The notes: generated by a model not told the origin, from the sequence alone. 64,000 nt of DNA from Mesotaenium endlicherianum (GCA_009602735.1 WELA01003305.1:666233-730232); one strand, 5' to 3'. Shown: positions 1 through 12,203, counted from the first letter of the stretch. Numbers and translations: made by a program.

Positions 1-321
1 CCCTCCCCCCTCCGTCCCCCTCCCTTGCTGTCAGGCCGTCGCTCGCTCACTCGGTTGCTGACACTGTCACTTTTTCTTTTTCGCTCATTCAGTCACGCAT
101 TCACTTCCTCTCGCTTACCCTCACTTTCTTTCTTTCACTTGCACATTTGCTCAATAAGTCTCTGATGCTCTCTCACTCGCTCACACAAGCACTGCTCCTG
201 GGCAATCCTCGGGCTTCTGCAGCCATGAAGTCACGGAAGATCCTCAAGCCAAGGTCCAGGCTGGCGCAATTAGGATTTCCAAGCTCTGATGGATTCTGTC
301 GCGAGGGGGGGGGTTGTGCAG

Positions 322-3300
322 GAGTGCAGTGTGAACGCGCCCGACTACGGCCCCCTGCCAGATGGCGCGCCCTCCTGGTGCCTGGCCCCCTTTGACCCCG
401 AGGGCCTCCTCAGGTTCCATCCGCCTTGCTCTCTCCCTCCTCTCTCACGCACTTACACACACACACACACGCACACACACACACACACACAGTCACACAT
501 GGACACATACACATACACACGCACGCATGCACGCAGCGCACACATGGACACCCACACACACACACACTCTCATGTGCACACACTCGGACACCCAGGCACG
601 CCGAGACACTATGCACATACACTTGGACACACAAGCTCACACTCAGACGCGCACACACACTGAGTGACACCCCGTTCTCTTCTTTATAATAAGGCCCATC
701 CCGCCTCCCGTTCCCTGATCTTGCTCTTTCTCTGTCCCGAATACGTGTGCTATGCCGTCGCAAGCGCATGTGGACGCAGGTGCAGCAGCCGGCACAGGCA
801 CACGAGGCAGCCCATCCTGACCCCGCCCTCCTCCCTCTCCCTGTGCCGTGTCGTTTCTGTGTGCACATGTGACACGCAAACAAATTCGCGGGTGGCGGGC
901 GGGCGGGCGGTCAAGAGCAGCACCCTACCTGCCATTCTGAGTGCCTTCGCCGGGCTGCACTATGGCCACATCCTCACGCACTTCAAGGTCGGTCCTGCTT
1001 GGCGCGCACTCGCCCTTTTTATAGCTCAGATTCTGAGCCTCTCGAGCCGCTCCCGGGTTCTTCTCTGCTGATGCCCGGATGAAAGTCCAGGAGTGTCGTG
1101 AAAGGCCCGTGCCAGCTGCCCTCCCTTCCTTCTTGCCCGCTCTGCGTTCTTCTTATATCTGGGTACTACGGCTCCTCTTTCTTCTCACCAATATCCGCTT
1201 TTGCCTACAGTTGCTCCTTCTCTGGTTGTATGTTTCTGAAGCATCTGAGGCGTACCTGAGATTCATTTCAGTGTGCCCGTTCCTCAAGCGTCTGTCAGGC
1301 ACTCGGTGTGAAGTGAGATGTGAATGACAAAAATGAAAAAGAATCTGGAACCCCACGTTTGCGCCTGACAGGCTAAGCTGCCCATTCCAACACACGGCAC
1401 ATCTGTTTTTTGCAGTTGCTGCTGCAATGTTGCTTGGGCTCTAGCTGCACACAACTCATCTTCATGCACCCGGGCGTGCACAAGCACACACTTGGACCAT
1501 GCCCAAAATCCTGTAGTAAACATCACAGCCTGACACTGTAAAAGTGGCATTAGGGATGTGCAGGTTCACAGATTCTTCCTTGCCCTAGCATGCACCCCCC
1601 CCCCCNNNNNNNNNNNNNNNNNNNNNNNNNNNNNNNNNNNNNNNNNNNNNNNNNNNNNNNNNNNNNNNNNNNNNNNNNNNNNNNNNNNNNNNNNNNNNNN
1701 NNNNNNNNNNNNNNNNNNNNNNNNNNNNNNNNNNNNNNNNNNNNNNNNNNNNNNNNNNNNNNNNNNNNNNNNNNNNNNNNNNNNNNNNNNNNNNNNNNNN
1801 NNNNNNNNNNNNNNNNNNNNNNNNNNNNNNNNNNNNNNNNNNNNNNNNNNNNNNNNNNNNNNNNNNNNNNNNNNNNNNNNNNNNNNNNNNNNNNNNNNNN
1901 NNNNNNNNNNNNNNNNNNNNNNNNNNNNNNNNNNNNNNNNNNNNNNNNNNNNNNNNNNNNNNNNNNNNNNNNNNNNNNNNNNNNNNNNNNNNNNNNNNNN
2001 NNNNNNNNNNNNNNNNNNNNNNNNNNNNNNNNNNNNNNNNNNNNNNNNNNNNNNNNNNNNNNNNNNNNNNNNNNNNNNNNNNNNNNNNNNNNNNNNNNNN
2101 NNNNNNNNNNNNNNNNNNNNNNNNNNNNNNNNNNNNNNNNNNNNNNNNNGGGGGGGGGGGGGGGGGTGGTTTGTGCGTATCATATGCAGAGGCACAGCGC
2201 GCGCGTGACTCTTGGCGCCATCACGGCAACTTTGCTGGTGCTCGTGGGCCTCGGCCTGCAGTACCCGTGGGTGCTCAAGATTCACCGATGGTTTCCAGAT
2301 CTCCCATCCTGGCCCATCTTCCAGTACCCGGGTGAGGGGGCTAGGATGAGTATCCCTTGTTTTCCATATTTTTTTTGCCCTCATACACGGTGTTTGGTTG
2401 AGGGTTCTGAAATTTGAGGGTTCCACCTTTTGCTTTTCTTCATCCCATTTAGACCTGAACATCGTGGTGGCTGTTGAAATGCGACAGCCTGGTTCTTCTT
2501 GATAGAAAAAATTCTTATTGTTTTCTTTTTTGCTTGCTTCTTGCTCTCTGCTACTTGTTTCCTTCAATTCACGCCCATCCACTCTCACACATACACTCAG
2601 ACACACACACACACACACACACTCACACGCACTCCCACACGGACACATCAATCCTTCCACTTATGGAGCCTGTGCGACGGGTACACGTCTGATGTGCTCT
2701 GCACCCTTGAGAGCAATCCGTACTGCCCTGACGGCCCAGGTCGTGCCGTGCGTGCGTCCGATTGCATGTCCATGTGCAAGTGTGCGCACGTGCATGTGCG
2801 TGTGCATGCGTGCGTGTGTGCGTATGCGTGGGTGCGTGTGCTGGGCGTGAGGGCATGCAGGCATGCCGTTCAGCCATCCCCTGTACACCCTGAGCTACAT
2901 GTTCTTCACAGCTGGCGTGGCGGCAGGCCTCCTCTCCCTCATCTACGTCCTCGTGAGTGCCACCATGTTCCACCCCCCTTCCCTTGCAAATGCCATATAT
3001 GAGAGCGGCTGAATGTAGTCGTGCAGGTGCCATTACTTGAGAGAGGGCACTCCCTTCATACAGCTTGAGTGACTGAGGTGTAGGAAGTGACAGATGGCAA
3101 GTGCTCCCTGTGGAATGAGCCGCTGTGTCCCTTCAACTATGCCTAAATGGCCGGTGCTGTGTGTTTCCGAATATGCCTATAGTTGGCACTATGTCTATGA
3201 TTGGCGTGGACTTGGGCGACTGTGCGTGTGATGGTCCGGGCTTGGGGGCGCGTGTCATTGAGGGGGGGGGGGCGCCAGGTGGACGTGCTGCATGTGCGAT

Positions 3301-4681
3301 TCTACACGCGCCTGTTCGAGTGGGCGGGCCTCAACCCGCTGCTCATCTTCGTGCTCGGGGCATCCGGAGTGCTGGAGGCGCTCCTGCGTGGCTTCTATGT
3401 GGGGACTCCAGACAACAACCTGGTGGGAGCTCTGGCCTGGGCCCCCTTCCTCCTCTTGCAGCCTGCGGTCCAGTCTGTGGTCCTTCTTGCTGCCTGCCGT
3501 ACTTCTCTGTGTTCACATGAGCTTGGTCTCTCCATGCGCGTGTGGTGAGATGCACAAGGGTACAGAGGTGCAAAGGTGCGGAGGTGCAGGGGGTGTGGGT
3601 GAAGACGCTCCCGTTGCTTCGTGTGCACGTGCATGCACGCACACACCCACGTTCACGCGCGCGCGCAGTCATGCGCACGCCCGGGCATCGGACGCATGAG
3701 CGCACACTCACGTGCGAACAAGCGCACACTCACGTGCGAACCGCGCACAAGCACGAGCACACAAAAACACGCACTGCAATGCTCTGTGGCTCAACTTCGT
3801 GCATATCTGGACAAATGAATCTGCCGGGTGCTCTTAAATGAATTGGTAAAATTTACTTTTAATTAAAGAACAATTTAATGTGCCGGGACCTATTCAATCA
3901 ACCTCTTGGACTCCTACTCGCGCGCTCGCGGCGCCACGTGGCGCGACACCGTGAGCTCTGGTGTGCACCAAGAGGTGCATTGAAACGACGAGCGGGGGTC
4001 CCGCCAAAATTTCAACTTTGCGGAAATTTCCCCCGGAGATTTTACCTCCCATGACCTTGCATCAATCACATGGCATTTGTCAGCTTTTTGTTGTGGCGTT
4101 TCTAAGCTACACTGAACTCTTTGGACCAAATTGCCACTCACGGTGCCTTCCGGAGCCTTTTCCAAGCTTTCTCAAATACATCTTTCCAAACCTTTTGGGG
4201 CCTTTTGGAGAGCCATATGGACCCTTCCTGGGCCTGCTAGAGAATTCTTGGCCTTTTTAAAGCTTTCTGAGCCCCCCCCCCCTCTTCTTTTTCAATCCTG
4301 AGCCTTTTCAGCTCTCCGAGCATTCAATCTGGACCCTATGGTGTGCGCATGGACGTGCAAGTCCACCCCTAGGTCTTTACGCTCCCTCTGTGAGCATGCC
4401 CTATGCCCCATACTCCAAACTCCGTGCGTGTGCGTGTGCATATGCGCATGTGTGTGTGTGTGTGTGAGTGTGCGTGTGTGTGCGTGTGGCTGTGCGCCGT
4501 TGTCGTCGCTGTGCGCTGCGTGGGGGGGACGCTTCTCCAGGTCACGCTCGTGGCCGGCTTCTTCCGCCACGTCTTCCCGCGGGAGGACCTGGCCGCGTTG
4601 TGCGCTGTCATCACCAAGTGCATCGGGTGGTGCCTCGCCGGTGGCTTCCTTGCCCACCAGGGGCACACGTGGAAGTTTTGA
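322..4681 (+). CDS. HGSNAT: Heparan-alpha-glucosaminide N-acetyltransferase-like membrane protein, 3' exons only (gene starts upstream of window)
   Basis: Phase-consistent GT-AG exons 322-413, 921-987, 2190-2331, 2861-2952, 3279-3422, 4541-4681. They give ECSVNAPDYGPLPDGAPSWCLAPFDPEGLLS, GLHYGHILTHFK, GMPFSHPLYTLSYMFFTAG, EWAGLNPLLIFVL and HQGHTWKF*. PFDPEGLLS and LYTxSY are recognisable HGSNAT motifs. Confidence 0.88.
454..660. repeat. Degenerate (CA)n microsatellite in an intron; similar CA/GT tracts at ~2580-2640, 2780-2840, 4420-4490, 34503-34531 and (CT)n(GT)n at 41082-41148
   Basis: Directly visible dinucleotide runs; they generate the spurious HTHT/CVCV ORFs. Confidence 0.9.
1606..2149. 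other. Assembly gap (others at 40524-41081 and 47449-47525)
   Basis: Runs of N flanked by homopolymer or low-complexity sequence. Confidence 0.99.
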
Positions 4682-6543
4682 GCGGCCTCTGCCCCCCCTG
4701 TGCTGCCCCCCCTTCTCCGTCTCTTGTAGCTTAGCATGCTCCCTCAAGTGGCACTCTTTTCCAAGGAGCACCCAAACAGTCGGTTCCTCTTGTCATTTGT
4801 CTCCTTCGCTATTATTATTGGCATCTAGCTAGATCATTGTTTGATACCTGTGAATTCTCAATATAAGCCTGTAGCCTAGCATTGTTCCGAGAAAATGGGT
4901 AGGCGTGCTTTATGTGTATTATATCTAGGCGTCCTAGTACTACGACAGCTATGACAACTGCAAGAGCTTTTGTGCTGTTCCACAAGTGTAGGATCTTGCA
5001 AGTACTTGGGGAGTTGTTGAGCCTTAAGTTTGTCGTTGGTACTAAATAAGCCTTGTTTCTTGGGAAATAATTGAGCACTACTTCGATTTTCAACATCTTC
5101 TCCTTTTTTGTGTTGTTCTTAAGACGTCCTACATGTGTGTCTGCCTACTTTCTAATGCCACCGGCTTAACCTCGCAATTTGAGGCCTAGGTCCAAATTAC
5201 GTTCCTTTCCTATATTTTGGTTATATGTTCCAAGGTTATGCTCTGATTGGCATCTTTAGCTTTTCTTTCTAGCTTCTCTTGAGGTAAGCACCAATGCATG
5301 CACAAGGTGAAGCTGCTTAAAGCACTCAGGCTATCGTCACAATCAGCTGAATGGTTGACGAGGTCAGGTGAGGGTCATGCCAGCACCAGTTGGTTGATGC
5401 CCGGCAAATGAAATCGTTGTTCATTGGCCCCAAAGTGACAAATCGATCGAGAGCACTCCCTAAGCTCTATTGTATATAATATGACGTCCTGGCAGTGCAA
5501 AGACAATCATCTCTGTGGGGGGGGCGTTCCATCGTGAGACACGTACTCTTTATCTATTCTCTTGCAGCAACATCCGGTCACGCCAGCCTTAAACACTTTA
5601 TGTAATTGCAGTGAGCTGCTAAAGCATCGACGTCTAGCGGTGCACATACTCTGCATACTCGACCAATGTCGATGTTTGTGAGGAGACCGACATTTTTCTC
5701 CTCACAAAGTCCCTCCGAACGATCGCGACAGAAAAAAGCGTTGACGCAGCGCGACGGTTGTCGGCACTCCCATCCCCGTCTACCCTCCCTCCCTCCCTCC
5801 CTCCCTCCTCCCTCCCTCCACCGTGCCTTCTCCCTCCCCTTCCCACCCTCACTCTCTCAAACACCCTCATAACAAGCTTGCGGCCATGGCCGCCTGCCAA
5901 CGACAAGGCCATGGCTGCCCACCAGCGTGCCCTCCCAACCCTTCGACCCCACGAAACCCTCTAACGAGCAAGAGGGCCCTTTCCTACACCCTCGTGACGA
6001 GCTACCTCGCGGCCTAGGCGAGGCTTTGCCTCGCTTCTCCTCGCTCTGGCCCCTCATGAAAAGCCCCTTAAGTGCGCACTGTGTAAGCATAGAAGAGGAA
6101 TAATTATGGCGGAGCCTTACATAATGACGCTTGCAAAAAAAGGCGGGCTGCATAAACAAGCGCCCTCGCGATCGATCGATTTCGCGTCAATCCGAGTTGC
6201 ATGCGCACATGTATTATTTTGGAAGCACGTTCGGGCCAGCACTCACACGAGCGAGGGCCCTTACTAAACTCCCCCTCACAAGAGTTTTGTGAGGGGCACC
6301 TTACCAAAAAAAACAAACTAACGCACATACTGGATGATGGACATGTAGCAGCCGTAAGTTCATGGACACTTCCCAATGCCCCAATGACCTGCATATAATG
6401 GACATCAGGTAACCTAAATGACATCTATACCTAAACCAAAAAACGTATATGTTTGTCTACAACTGATCAAATTACAACATAGAGGAGATATCGAGTGCAA
6501 GCTACTGCCGCGTGACATTACCCTAGACCTTAAACTTCCCGGG

Positions 6544-8700
6544 TTAATTTCGCCAGTAAGAATTATACGTCTTAATGGTGCCTGGTGCGAGTGCTTGGAG
6601 TGCTATGTCTAACCGAAGCTTCTCGAGTTGTTTCCAATACTCTTGCAAACGTCGTCTGGAGCTATCTGCACACCCGCTTTCCCTGGTTGATGTTTAGTGC
6701 TAGCATTGTGCACGCGGGTAAGCCTTTCGTTCCAAATGTCCGCCAATCCTGTCCTTTATCTAACACTTGATTGCTAAAGCCTAAGATACGAACCTCATCA
6801 ATAAAACTAGCCCAAGTAGTGGCATCCTCGAGCAGCATTGGCCACCAGACGGCTGCGGGCCAGCAGGGTAATACTATAGTGCATTCGGCCTGGCATCTAA
6901 GCGCGTGTTTGATAGTTGGCGGGATGAGTTGCGGGGGTGGGAAACAGTAGTTATTATCAGCTCCCCAATGGAGCGTGAATGCGTTGGTAGCTATAGCTTC
7001 CCGACAGAGGAAGCGCGAGTTAAATCGCGGTAGCTTGCAGTTTTTGGGGCTGGCAAATCTGTCCACCGAGAAGGGTCCCCATAGCTTGTTGAGCATGCAG
7101 AACGTGTCCTCCTTCAAGCCATAGTCGTCTTTATCCGTGAACTTAGATAGTTCGTCGGCTATCGTGTTCGAGTCCCGAGGGACCCACTCAACAAAGAGTG
7201 TGAAGCCATTTGCTAAGGCTGTGTCAAAGATCGCTCTGCATAGGGAGCTTATTGCGAGGCGAGTCAACCCTCCTTTTTGAAATACGAAGTATGCCGCCTG
7301 GCTATCTGTCCAAATGAGTGTTTGAGCATTTTTTTTATAATTCCTGCTGAACTTGCTAGGGCTGCGCTCATGCCCGCTAGCTCGCAAACTGTCGACGAGT
7401 CACCTAGCACTGCTGCTTCAAGTGTTCCTCTCATTCTCCATGATTGACCTGGTTCTATTCTTTGCAGGTCTGCTCCCCAACCCAAGTCGCTTGTATCTGT
7501 ATACAATATAAACTCGGGTGCCATTTGAAATGTAAGCGGGGCTGAATTGAAACGCTCAAAGTTGTTCTTCCAGAATTGTAGTTCGTGAAGTACATCTGGG
7601 CAGACGGGGATCGAGTTTGACCAATAATGCCCGTCAAGTATGTTAGCGTAGAGCTGTCTTGTATACATACCCGCTAACCCTCCGAAGACTATCTTCATGG
7701 AAATAATTTGTCCCGCCACCGATGCTAGGTGTCTGACTGGAACTTGTTTTCGCCGACTTGCTTTCTGTTCAATCTGCGGGCGATGTAGTTTTGTCTTGCG
7801 TTTAGCATCAATGTGTATCGTTGGCGTTCTAGAGTCAATCACTACATCTAGAAACCGTAGGACCTTGGACGGATCCAGTTTTGCTTTTTGCATGTTGACC
7901 ACAAAACCCGAGTTGCGAAAATCGTCTAGTACCGCATGGAGGTGTTCGTAGCGTAAACTGGTTATGGCGCAGGCGCCTAGAAAGTCGTCGAGGTACCGCA
8001 AGATCTTAATGCCTTTTGTGCGCCATCGACCTACGAGCTGCTTAATCACCTTTGTGAAAATGAACGGGGCAGATGCAAGCCCAAATGGGAGATTAGTAAA
8101 TGAATAAGTTTTGCCGTCTAGTTGGAAATCCAAGTATGGATAATAATCTGGATGCATGGGTATGTGGTGATACCTCGACTTTAAGTCGATCAAAAAGAGG
8201 TAATCTCCTTGGGCTACTATCTCTGGTAGCAGCGTAGTACCTTCGTACTTAAATCGTTGTTTCTTCAAGTACTTGTTCACGTGTCTAAGATCTAGAATGA
8301 GTCTCAATTCATTGCCTTCAGCGATGTTGAGTGGACTGATAACTACTGGTGGAGTCAATCCAGTCCAAGCATTGGCCGCTCCAGTTTCTACTAACTCCGC
8401 TACTGCCTCGCGTGCAAAATCTAGATGCTTATTGCATCCTTGGTGGTTCTTTTTTGCATATGGAGGAGGGGGGCTGTCTTGCCATTCCAGGCGATAGCCG
8501 TTTTTTATTGTTGGAATGACTGTAGTGCATGTGCACCATGATTGCCACCATTGGAGGTTGGTAGTAAGTCGTCCCGCGACGTGCGTTTCTTGGTACGCAA
8601 CTGCCGTTGTCTCGTCGGATTCTTGTGTTTTCTCAACGCTTTTGCCAAGTAAGGCTTGCAGTTGGATGTCTGCTTGCAAATCTATGCACATCCACCCACG
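6544..8700 (-). mobile_element. DIRS-type (tyrosine recombinase) retrotransposon fragment: RT, RNase H, DAM-like methyltransferase domain, N-terminal stub of recombinase
   Basis: RT motifs [34 protein letters not shown] and YLDD (7984-7995). RNase [33 protein letters not shown]-like VDRFAS..RFNSRF..NYCFPP..LPCWPAAVWWPML (ORF 6662-7387). Then LAPGTIKTYNSYWRN* (6544-6660). Frameshift at the T8 run 7329-7336. Confidence 0.85.
6662..7387 (-). pseudogene. DIRS RNase H C-terminus plus N6-adenine methyltransferase-like domain
   Basis: WTDSQ, WVPRDSNTIADELSK, WGPFSVDRFAS, NNYCFPPPQLI, IVLPCWPAAVWWPML; out of frame with the upstream RT/RNase H. Confidence 0.8.
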
Positions 8701-10524
8701 ATTTAGCTTCCTTGACTCGTAGGCGATGGGCTGCAGTCCCTTGCCTTGGTCTTGAAGGAGGATTGCTCCTATTGCATAGGAAGATGCATCGGTGATGACG
8801 TGGAAGGGCCAATCTGGGTTTGGACTTGGGAGTGTGAGCACCGGGGATGTGGTCAATCTTCGCTTTAACTCTTGAAATGCCTCTTCCTCTTTCTCGGTCC
8901 ATGTATATAGCCTGTCCTTCTTGAGTAGATCTGTCAGGGGGGCTGCTATGTGCGAGAAGCCTTGGATGAATTTTCTGTACCAATTGGCAAATCCCAAGAA
9001 TGACTGGAGTTCTTTCTTGGTCGTGGGGGTTGGCCATTCCTCCACCACCGTGGTCTTCTTGGGGTCTATCTTGATGCCATCAGCAGTCACGTGGAGACCT
9101 AGGAACTCCACTTCTTGTTTGGCAAACTCGCATTTTGACTCCTTCGCAAACATCTTGTTTTGCTTCAACAGTTCAAGGACTTCTTTCAAGTGTCTCGCAT
9201 GCTCTTCAAGGGTCTTGCTGTAGATAAGGATGTCATCGATGAATACCACCACAAATCTGTCCAACATGGGCTGAAATATGGTGTTCATCATAGTCATGAA
9301 AGTTGCTGGGGCGTTGGTGAGTCCAAATGGCAGGACCATGAACTCAAAATGTCCATATCTTGTCCTGAATGCCGTCTTCTCTATGTCCGGTTCTGCGATG
9401 CGAATCTGGTGGTAGCCGCTCCGTAAGTCAATCTTCGTGAAGTACTTGGCTCCAACCAGCCGGTCCATGAGCTCATCCATGCGCGGCAGCGGGTATCGAT
9501 TCTTGATGGTGATCTTGTTGAGGGCGCGATAGTCCACACACATCCTCAAGGTACCATCTTTCTTCTTGACAAATAGCACCGGGGCTCCAAATGGCGACTT
9601 GCTAGGTCGAATGAAGCCATGCTCCAGTAGCTCCTTGATTTGCTTCTTGACTTCGTCTAGCTCCGTGTATGACATTTTGAACGTAGGCCGAGAGATGGGC
9701 TTGCTTCCGGGCTCCAACTCTATCTTGTGGTCTACGAATCTTTTGGGGGGTAGGCCCTTGGGCAATTCCGGGGAGAACACTTCTTTGTAGTCCTCAAAGA
9801 CTTCTTGTATCTCCTTGGGAACGGGGCTGCCTTCTTGACTCTCGATGTCTTTCTTGATGTCTTTTGGCGTGATCAAGGCCAAAAGAAGCTCGTGTCCCTT
9901 CCTCACAAGTCTCTTGAGTTGGAGGGCGGACAATAGTATCTCGTGTGCCGGCTTCTGGATGTCTTGGGTCTGGATATTCTGGATTGCGCGCAAAATACAG
10001 ATTCTTGAAGTGATGTCATTCTTGATCTTGATAGTACCGGTCCTCCAATCAACTTGGGGGTTGTGCTTGGTCAACCAAGGCGTCCCTAGGATGACGTCGT
10101 ACTTGCCCAATTGCATGGGGGAGAACACTACTCTATCCTTGAAGGACTTGATAGAGAGTGCCAAGGGGTACGTCTTCTTGGAAGGGGTAGTATAGGAGAA
10201 TCCATCGGGCATCATAATCTCCTCGTCGTGGTCAAGAGTTCGCATAGTAATACCGTGCTTGGTGGCAAAATCTGCAGCAATGAAGTTGCCTTGAGCTCCG
10301 CTATCCACCAAGATGTGGACCTTCTCTCCTCCAAGGTAACCTCTCAAACTCATTGGGGCTGGAACGTCGTCTTCAACGGGGGTCTCCACCTCACTTGGCG
10401 TGTTGCCTTCTCGTGAAGTGGGTCTTGGGGTGGTAGGCTCCTGGCCTACCGGCGCTGTCCGTTTTTTGACAACTTTTTGGGGCATGAAAGTGCACGATGG
10501 CCCTTTTCCTTGCAATAGAAGCAT
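7264..10524 (-). CDS. Chimeric pol ORF: Ty3/gypsy protease-RT-partial RNase H fused in frame to DIRS RT-RNase H
   Basis: 1086-aa ORF. Gypsy part: [75 protein letters not shown]. After ~8700 it switches to a second, DIRS-type RT with YLDD. No integrase. Confidence 0.85.
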   Translation of the reverse strand: MLLLQGKGPSCTFMPQKVVKKRTAPVGQEPTTPRPTSREGNTPSEVETPVEDDVPAPMSLRGYLGGEKVHILVDSGAQGNFIAADFATKHGITMRTLDHDEEIMMPDGFSYTTPSKKTYPLALSIKSFKDRVVFSPMQLGKYDVILGTPWLTKHNPQVDWRTGTIKIKNDITSRICILRAIQNIQTQDIQKPAHEILLSALQLKRLVRKGHELLLALITPKDIKKDIESQEGSPVPKEIQEVFEDYKEVFSPELPKGLPPKRFVDHKIELEPGSKPISRPTFKMSYTELDEVKKQIKELLEHGFIRPSKSPFGAPVLFVKKKDGTLRMCVDYRALNKITIKNRYPLPRMDELMDRLVGAKYFTKIDLRSGYHQIRIAEPDIEKTAFRTRYGHFEFMVLPFGLTNAPATFMTMMNTIFQPMLDRFVVVFIDDILIYSKTLEEHARHLKEVLELLKQNKMFAKESKCEFAKQEVEFLGLHVTADGIKIDPKKTTVVEEWPTPTTKKELQSFLGFANWYRKFIQGFSHIAAPLTDLLKKDRLYTWTEKEEEAFQELKRRLTTSPVLTLPSPNPDWPFHVITDASSYAIGAILLQDQGKGLQPIAYESRKLNRGWMCIDLQADIQLQALLGKSVEKTQESDETTAVAYQETHVAGRLTTNLQWWQSWCTCTTVIPTIKNGYRLEWQDSPPPPYAKKNHQGCNKHLDFAREAVAELVETGAANAWTGLTPPVVISPLNIAEGNELRLILDLRHVNKYLKKQRFKYEGTTLLPEIVAQGDYLFLIDLKSRYHHIPMHPDYYPYLDFQLDGKTYSFTNLPFGLASAPFIFTKVIKQLVGRWRTKGIKILRYLDDFLGACAITSLRYEHLHAVLDDFRNSGFVVNMQKAKLDPSKVLRFLDVVIDSRTPTIHIDAKRKTKLHRPQIEQKASRRKQVPVRHLASVAGQIISMKIVFGGLAGMYTRQLYANILDGHYWSNSIPVCPDVLHELQFWKNNFERFNSAPLTFQMAPEFILYTDTSDLGWGADLQRIEPGQSWRMRGTLEAAVLGDSSTVCELAGMSAALASSAGIIKKMLKHSFGQIARRHTSYFKKEG
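10432..10467 (-). promoter_or_regulatory. Putative programmed -1 ribosomal frameshift signal (gag-pol)
   Basis: Slippery heptamer A AAA AAC (10467-10461) in the gag frame, with pol in the -1 frame. 10 nt downstream is a perfect 7-bp stem GGTAGGC-cagga-GCCTACC (10450-10432) containing the gag stop. Confidence 0.75.
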
Positions 10525-11726
10525 AGTCCAGCCGTCATGAGAGCTTCTTTTTCAGCCGGGGAGAGTCTTGCTTTCACTCCTTGCTGGTTTCTTGCATCAT
10601 AAGTGTCATTGGAGGGTCTTCCACTCTTCCGGGCAGCCGCGGGGTCCCTTTTAATAACTCCGATTTCCATGGGTGTGGGTCCAGATTCGGATGTGGAAGG
10701 GGCTGCGTACACCCGCGTCGTCGGTACCCGTGAAGATGAAGGCACGGAGTGCTTGAAATCCAAGGTATCCACCTTTTGGGCCACTTCAATGATCTTTGAG
10801 AAGTCCGTCAAGTCGCGTAACTCCACTTCCTTTGCCACCTTGGGTTTGAGGCCAAAGATGTAACGGTCAATCTTCTCCTCGAGAGACATGTTGGGGATCT
10901 CAAGAGTGAGGGCGTGAAATCTGGATGTATACTCTTGAACGGACGTCGTTTGCTTGAGATGGTGGAGCTTTCCTCGGGCAATCTTCTCCGCATTGATGGG
11001 CATGAATTGCTTCTTGAGGGCCTCACGAAAATCTGCCCATCTTGCATATGATGGTGGGGGCTCTTGGCCGAGCATGGGGTGCGCCATAGCTTGATATATA
11101 GCCGCTTGATAGTTACGCCACCATGATGTTGCTGCTCCTCTAAGTAAGGTAACGGCAAAGGGAACGTAGTCCTCCTCGGGTACTTCAAGGAACGCGAGGT
11201 ACGTCTCCACTTGGTAGAGCCATAAATTCAGGTTGGCACCTTTCCCGGGGTTGAAAGTGTCGGGTTTGCCGGGCTTGATGAGTTTCCTTGCTCTCGTTGG
11301 CTCTTGTGGAGGCGCTTGAGCCGGGGCTGGATTTTGAGCATTGCTCGCAATAGGGGCAACCATGGCAGCCATAGCTTCTCTTGACGCTTGCACGGTTGCT
11401 TCATAGGTGGCCAAGCCCACTTGGTTGTGGACGGTCATTAGGAAGGCTGCCCACTCATTTGCGGGAACTCCTTGTGGTGGGGTCAACTTTGCTATAGCGG
11501 CTGCCACGGGATTTGACGGTGCTCCTCCTTGTGGTGCTTCTTGTTGTTGCAGATTTCCTTGAGTAGGCTCTCCCATCGACGCTGGAGGAGGGTGTGCTCC
11601 TCCTTGTGGTGCTTCTTGTTGTTGCAGATTTTCTTGAGTGGGCTCTCCCATCGGCGCTGGAGGAGGGTGTCTTGGAGAGGAAGGGCTTCCTTCGAAAGCT
11701 TGCTGTTGGTCTTGAGGATCGGCCAT
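10446..11726 (-). CDS. gag: Retrotransposon Gag with CCHC zinc knuckle
   Basis: [64 protein letters not shown]; 426 aa without interruption. Confidence 0.93.
   Translation of the reverse strand: MADPQDQQQAFEGSPSSPRHPPPAPMGEPTQENLQQQEAPQGGAHPPPASMGEPTQGNLQQQEAPQGGAPSNPVAAAIAKLTPPQGVPANEWAAFLMTVHNQVGLATYEATVQASREAMAAMVAPIASNAQNPAPAQAPPQEPTRARKLIKPGKPDTFNPGKGANLNLWLYQVETYLAFLEVPEEDYVPFAVTLLRGAATSWWRNYQAAIYQAMAHPMLGQEPPPSYARWADFREALKKQFMPINAEKIARGKLHHLKQTTSVQEYTSRFHALTLEIPNMSLEEKIDRYIFGLKPKVAKEVELRDLTDFSKIIEVAQKVDTLDFKHSVPSSSRVPTTRVYAAPSTSESGPTPMEIGVIKRDPAAARKSGRPSNDTYDARNQQGVKARLSPAEKEALMTAGLCFYCKEKGHRALSCPKKLSKNGQRR
11521..11670 (-). repeat. 75-bp tandem duplication in the gag N-terminus (HPPPA[P/S]MGEPTQ[E/G][12 protein letters not shown] x2)
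   Basis: Two near-identical units 11521-11595 and 11596-11670. Confidence 0.92.
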
Positions 11727-11750
11727 CTTCTTGTGCTACCAAAGTGCCTA

Positions 11751-11762
11751 GCTCCGATACCA
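11751..11762 (-). promoter_or_regulatory. Primer binding site, tRNA-iMet type
   Basis: TGGTATCGGAGC one base after the LTR-terminal CA; canonical is TGGTATCAGAGC. Confidence 0.85.
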
Positions 11763-11763
11763 C

Positions 11764-12203
11764 TGTAGTGAAACAGATAGATAAAGTACTTAGTAAAACA
11801 GAATACTTTATCTATTCAAGACAAGGATCTTTGAACACAAGTGGTAGCTTCTTGAAAGAGAGATGGCTTCTTGAAAGTTAATATATTTCTGGATTTTGGC
11901 AAGTACAAGAGTGATTCTGGAATGTCTTTCTATGTTCTAGCTCTTGTTTATATACTTGCTACATAAGTAATTTCTAGGAAGGTGTATGTTGATGTGTTGG
12001 CACCCAACACATCCCAAAACTTGCCACCTCTTTCTAGAATAATGTACACATGTCCTTTTGACCTAAAAATGGCACATCTGACTTTTGCCACATGGAGTTC
12101 TTCTAGGTCTTTCCTCTAACTTCGAAAATGCCTTGGAATGTTCAAAGGACATGAACCAAGTTACTAGAGTACCTATTCACACTTGACACCACACCATACT
12201 ACA
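11764..12203 (-). repeat. 5' LTR of the Ty3/gypsy element (440 bp)
   Basis: Bounded by TGTAGT...ACTACA inverted termini and directly adjacent to the PBS; TATA-like tract near 11949. Confidence 0.8.

Larger units (their letters stand above)
8701..12203 (-). mobile_element. Ty3/gypsy LTR retrotransposon, 5' half (LTR, PBS, gag, PR-RT-partial RH); integrase and 3' LTR missing
   Basis: LTR 11764-12203, PBS 11751-11762, uninterrupted gag 10446-11726, and pol with PR-RT-RH order. Confidence 0.92.

Noticed and set aside
147..4830. Many overlapping ORFs rich in HTHT, CVCV or X
   Set aside because: Translations of intronic microsatellites and N-gaps; the real coding sequence is the short HGSNAT exons.
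4800..6540. Second LTR, integrase or remainder of the tyrosine recombinase
   Set aside because: No copy of the 11764-12203 LTR and no integrase or RHRY motifs found in the frames I read.
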